Shown here: one piece after another, positions 35,515 through 40,000 of the stretch
Position numbering within the stretch: the stretch's first letter is position 1
Layout: each line of letters begins with the position of its first letter
Position numbers and translations under genes: made by a program
Assembly: GCF_014212355.1 (NCBI RefSeq)
Contig: NZ_JACKXD010000001.1
Location: forward strand, 231,143 to 271,142
DNA: 40,000 nt
Origin: Halobellus ruber
GTDB lineage: Archaea; Halobacteriota; Halobacteria; Halobacteriales; Haloferacaceae
Direction: 5' to 3'
Notes under the pieces: model-generated
What the model saw: the letters and a program-made list of their open reading frames with translations, nothing else
The model's database searches: none
What the model was told of the DNA's origin: nothing

Positions 35515-36099
35515 TCAGTCCGTGTAGACCTCCTTGATCCGACCGTCGGCGGCGATGGGGCCGCTGATCCGGCGTGTGACGCCGTCGAACAGCGTGATCA
35601 GCGGCGAGAGGGTCCGCCCGACCACCCGGACCGGTCGGGCGACGGTCAGCGCCCACGACTCGGCGTTTCCCAGCCCGAACGCCTTCGGCACGATCTCCCC
35701 GAAGATCAGGATGAGCGCGCTCGTGACGACGGTCGTCGCCACGACCGCCGGTCCGGGATCCAGCACGCTCGCGACGAGCACCGTCAGGATGCTCGAAATC
35801 GCGATGTTGACCACGTTGTTGCCGACCAACAGGGTGACGAGCAGCCGGTGGGGGTCCGCCGACAGCTCCCGGAGCACCGCCGCCCGCCCGTCGCCGCCTG
35901 CCGAGTGCTCGTCGACCCACGACGCCGGCAAGGAGAAGACTGCGATCTCCGCGGAGGAAAAGAAGGCACTCACCGCGAACAGGGCGACGACCGCGACGAT
36001 CCCGAGGACGGCGACGACGGGGCCGATCGTACACGCGTACTCCCGTCTGCCGACAAGAAGCCGTCGGCGGGGCGGTCGCCGGGTGCGGGGTGCCCGCAC
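35515..36099 (-). CDS. CNNM/DUF21 transmembrane-domain protein lacking the usual CBS and CorC domains
   Basis: The ORF 35515..36132(-) in the track starts at TTG. I prefer GTG 36097-36099, but the start is uncertain. It shows the DUF21 pattern AVSAFFSSAEIAVFSL...LLVGNNVVNI...IFGEIVPKAFG, and the protein ends about 60 aa later. Confidence 0.6.
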   Translation of the reverse strand: MRAPRTRRPPRRRLLVGRREYACTIGPVVAVLGIVAVVALFAVSAFFSSAEIAVFSLPASWVDEHSAGGDGRAAVLRELSADPHRLLVTLLVGNNVVNIAISSILTVLVASVLDPGPAVVATTVVTSALILIFGEIVPKAFGLGNAESWALTVARPVRVVGRTLSPLITLFDGVTRRISGPIAADGRIKEVYTD

Positions 36100-36141
36100 G
36101 CGACCGAGCCATTCACGAGGCTGGGAGTCCAACTCCGGACG

Positions 36142-36390
36142 ATGACCGACACCGACGCCCGAAGCGACCCCGACGAGGAGGGGGGACTGTTCGAGCTCAC
36201 GCGGGACAAACTCCTCGTTGTCGCCCTCCTGTTCGTCGGGATCGCGGGCTCGGGGATCGCCCGCCGGGCCCTCGGCGAACTCGGCTACAACGACCTCGGC
36301 GCGCTCGTCTACGTGCTGGGGTACGGCGGGATGGTTGTCGCGATCTGGTACGGGTGGATCCGGCCGATGAACATCACCGGCCCCGACTAG
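36142..36390 (+). CDS. hypothetical small membrane protein (82 aa, 2 TM helices)
   Basis: ATG at 36142 within ORF 35338..36390(+). The product is MTDTDARSDPDEEGGLFELTRDKLLVVALLFVGIAGSGIA...MVVAIWYGWIRP. Confidence 0.5.
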   Translation: MTDTDARSDPDEEGGLFELTRDKLLVVALLFVGIAGSGIARRALGELGYNDLGALVYVLGYGGMVVAIWYGWIRPMNITGPD

Positions 36391-36521
36391 CGCGACGAGT
36401 CGCCCCGGTTTCTCGCCACTGGTGCGTGCGAGCGGCCGCTCCCCGCCCTGCGTCGGGCGATGCGCCCGCTCGGGGAGAACGGAAGTTTAATACTCGGTTC
36501 GGGTCGAATCTCCGACCAAGG

Positions 36522-36773
36522 ATGCTCCCGCTTCAGATCGTCGACAGCTTCCTGCTCAACTACAACGTCGGGCAGGCGCTGCTCCTCGGGTTCGGGCTCA
36601 CGACGGTGGGGATACTCCCGCTCAAGTCCCTGCGCCTCCTCGGAGTCAACACCATCGTCTTCGGTCTCGTGTTCGCGCTCACCCCGCAGTCGATCGTCCC
36701 GATCCACTACCTGTTTCTCGGGATCGCCCTCCTGGTCGTCGGCCCGCTGCTGTACTCGATCGCCGACGACTGA
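36522..36773 (+). CDS. hypothetical small membrane protein (83 aa, about 3 TM helices)
   Basis: ATG at 36522 within ORF 36090..36773(+). A TTTAATA element at 36486-36492 lies about 30 nt upstream, which fits leaderless geometry. Confidence 0.55.
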   Translation: MLPLQIVDSFLLNYNVGQALLLGFGLTTVGILPLKSLRLLGVNTIVFGLVFALTPQSIVPIHYLFLGIALLVVGPLLYSIADD

Positions 36774-36790
36774 TACGGTAACTACTTACG

Positions 36791-36822
36791 GGTCATCGCC
36801 AGAGACGGGGTCGGCGATGACC
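36791..36822 (+). repeat. perfect 10-bp inverted repeat (GGTCATCGCC ... GGCGATGACC) with a 12-nt loop, 18 nt after the stop of the preceding gene
   Basis: Read directly from the sequence. No T-tract follows, so a terminator role is uncertain. Confidence 0.8.
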
Positions 36823-36923
36823 GGCAGTTGACGACAATAATCCGTATGACGGACGGGACGCTTCTCCTCGGTACCTGCGCCGCGGAACGCGGCGTTTAAC
36901 AGCCGCGACCGACTACGTCGCGT

Positions 36924-37457
36924 ATGGCACAGCCGCAGGTTCCGGGAGACGGCGGCGAGACGCTCGCGCTGCCGTGCGGCGAGACCAGGTCGGTCCGCAG
37001 CCTGGATCTGGGGATGCGGGAGTTCGAGTGCGCCTGCGGGGACCGTCACGCGGTCGTGATGGACGTCCACCCGCCGGAGCGGTTCGTCCCCGACTTCCTC
37101 GTCGAGGTCCTCCGGGAGGCGATCGAGACCACGAGCGAGGAGATGCCGGAGTTCGGGACCGCACACCTGCTGGGGATCGTTTTAGAGGAGTTCCCCGAGT
37201 CGGTCGTCTCCGCGGACGTGAGCGACGACGGCGACGTCGGCGCGGGGATCGTGTGGGTCACCGACTTCGACGCCCGCCGGCTCCACGAGGTCGTCGTCGA
37301 ACTCGTCGTCGAACTGATGGAACACGCCGTCAGCCACGCCGACGACGACGCGGCGGTCTCGGAGTTCGAACGCCGGATGCTGGAGTTCGACATCGCGGAG
37401 TTCGTCGAGGCCTACCGCGCCGAACGCGACCTCTCGGAGGACGACGTCTACGCGTGA
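36924..37457 (+). CDS. conserved acidic hypothetical protein (177 aa) with an N-terminal Cys/His cluster
   Basis: ATG at 36924, with TTTAAC about 26 nt upstream. The segment LPCGETRS...FECACGDRHAV suggests a small metal-binding knuckle, and the rest is highly acidic. Confidence 0.6.
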   Translation: MAQPQVPGDGGETLALPCGETRSVRSLDLGMREFECACGDRHAVVMDVHPPERFVPDFLVEVLREAIETTSEEMPEFGTAHLLGIVLEEFPESVVSADVSDDGDVGAGIVWVTDFDARRLHEVVVELVVELMEHAVSHADDDAAVSEFERRMLEFDIAEFVEAYRAERDLSEDDVYA

Positions 37458-37498
37458 TGCACACGGTCTGTCCGACATCCCCGACCGGACCCAGGTCG

Positions 37499-37570
37499 CG
37501 GCCGCCACGGGACGTATCCTCGAATTTCCGGCCGCCACGGGACGTATCCTCGAATTTCCGGCCGCTACGG
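37499..37570. repeat. 30-bp direct tandem repeat, 2.3 copies
   Basis: 37501-37530 is identical to 37531-37560 (gccgccacgggacgtatcctcgaatttccg). The third copy matches 9 of 10 nt and then diverges into the palindrome CGCTACGGCCGTAGCG (37563-37578). Confidence 0.95.
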
Positions 37571-37664
37571 CCGTAGCGCCGGCAACGAGTCGAAACCGGC
37601 GGAAACGGTACGTATGACGCCTGTCACACTGAAATCTATGATAGTGGGGGCCGTACCGTAAGAC

Positions 37665-37889
37665 ATGAGTTCGACCCGGGCACCCGGGATCGGGGCACTG
37701 CGGCGCGTGCTCGCCGAGGCCGACGAGCCGCTGACCGCACGGGAGATCCACGACCGGCTCCGGCGCCGCGGGGTCGATGCCTACGACTCGTCGTACCGCG
37801 TCGCGACCGTCCTCGGACGGGCCGCCGAGCGGGGCGGCCCCGTGGAGGTCATCGACGGCAGCCCGTACCGCTACCGACTCGCGGAGTGA
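37665..37889 (+). CDS. small putative winged-helix DNA-binding protein (74 aa)
   Basis: ATG at 37665, with a TATA-like CTATGATAG about 25 nt upstream. The product MSSTRAPGIGALRRVLAEADEPLTAREIHDRLRRRGVDAYDSSYRVATVLGRAAERGGPVEVIDGSPYRYRL resembles HTH plus wing topology. Confidence 0.5.
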   Translation: MSSTRAPGIGALRRVLAEADEPLTAREIHDRLRRRGVDAYDSSYRVATVLGRAAERGGPVEVIDGSPYRYRLAE

Positions 37890-38136
37890 CCGCCGACCCC
37901 GCGAGGGGTCCCGCTGACGCGCCCGCGCCGCCGTCCGTCGCACCCGTTCCGGCGTTCGCCGTCCGCTCTGACACCAACGACTGCCCGTCCTGGGCCGGCG
38001 GCCCGCCGGTTTGGGCCCCCGCCACCAGCCCGGATCGAGGTTCCCTCCATCACCCTGTTTACGAATATCGAAACGCCGTTTCGTATCTCGTAGCGATTCG
38101 CCGGGCTTATTACGATGTACGGACTCCCTCGGAGTG

Positions 38137-40000
<1,864 letters not shown>

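Noticed and set aside
36791-36822. The 10-bp perfect hairpin as a classic intrinsic terminator
   Set aside because: No oligo-T tract follows it on the plus strand. It is recorded only as an inverted repeat.

Overview
This is a very GC-rich chromosomal segment from a haloarchaeon (class Halobacteria). The evidence is strongly acidic proteins, TATA boxes about 25-30 nt upstream of start codons (leaderless style), and the presence of CetZ, F420 and archaeosine genes. I call 43 protein-coding genes (2 truncated by the window edges), one decayed cetZ pseudogene, one tRNA-Ile(GAU) and one candidate small RNA. The content is almost entirely core metabolism and housekeeping: alternative heme pathway (sirC, fused ahbA/B), aor, RaSEA, purQ-purS-purC, F420 genes cofH/cofG/cofC, cetZ, tmk, trkA flanked by two RAM-domain genes, rps8e, a PhoU-like regulator, a KaiC-like ATPase, nadK, mptA, a TrmB regulator, metG and carB. 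I see no CRISPR array, transposase, integrase, or recognisable defence or toxin-antitoxin module, and I cannot honestly support a new multi-gene system here. The items most worth a second look are mostly non-coding: (1) a 56-bp x3 tandem repeat between purS and purQ that copies the purQ SD and start codon and creates chained uORFs and alternative hairpins; (2) a TATA-to-oligo-T unit with two strong hairpins upstream of rps8e (candidate sRNA); (3) an 80-bp nested palindrome and 20-bp repeats upstream of mptA; (4) a frameshifted, internally deleted cetZ paralogue inverted relative to the intact cetZ around the cofG-cofC genes; (5) a degenerate cytochrome-b-like membrane protein; (6) 30-bp direct repeats and a 16-bp palindrome upstream of a small wHTH gene. 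All functional calls rest on motif and family recognition by eye. No database search was run.
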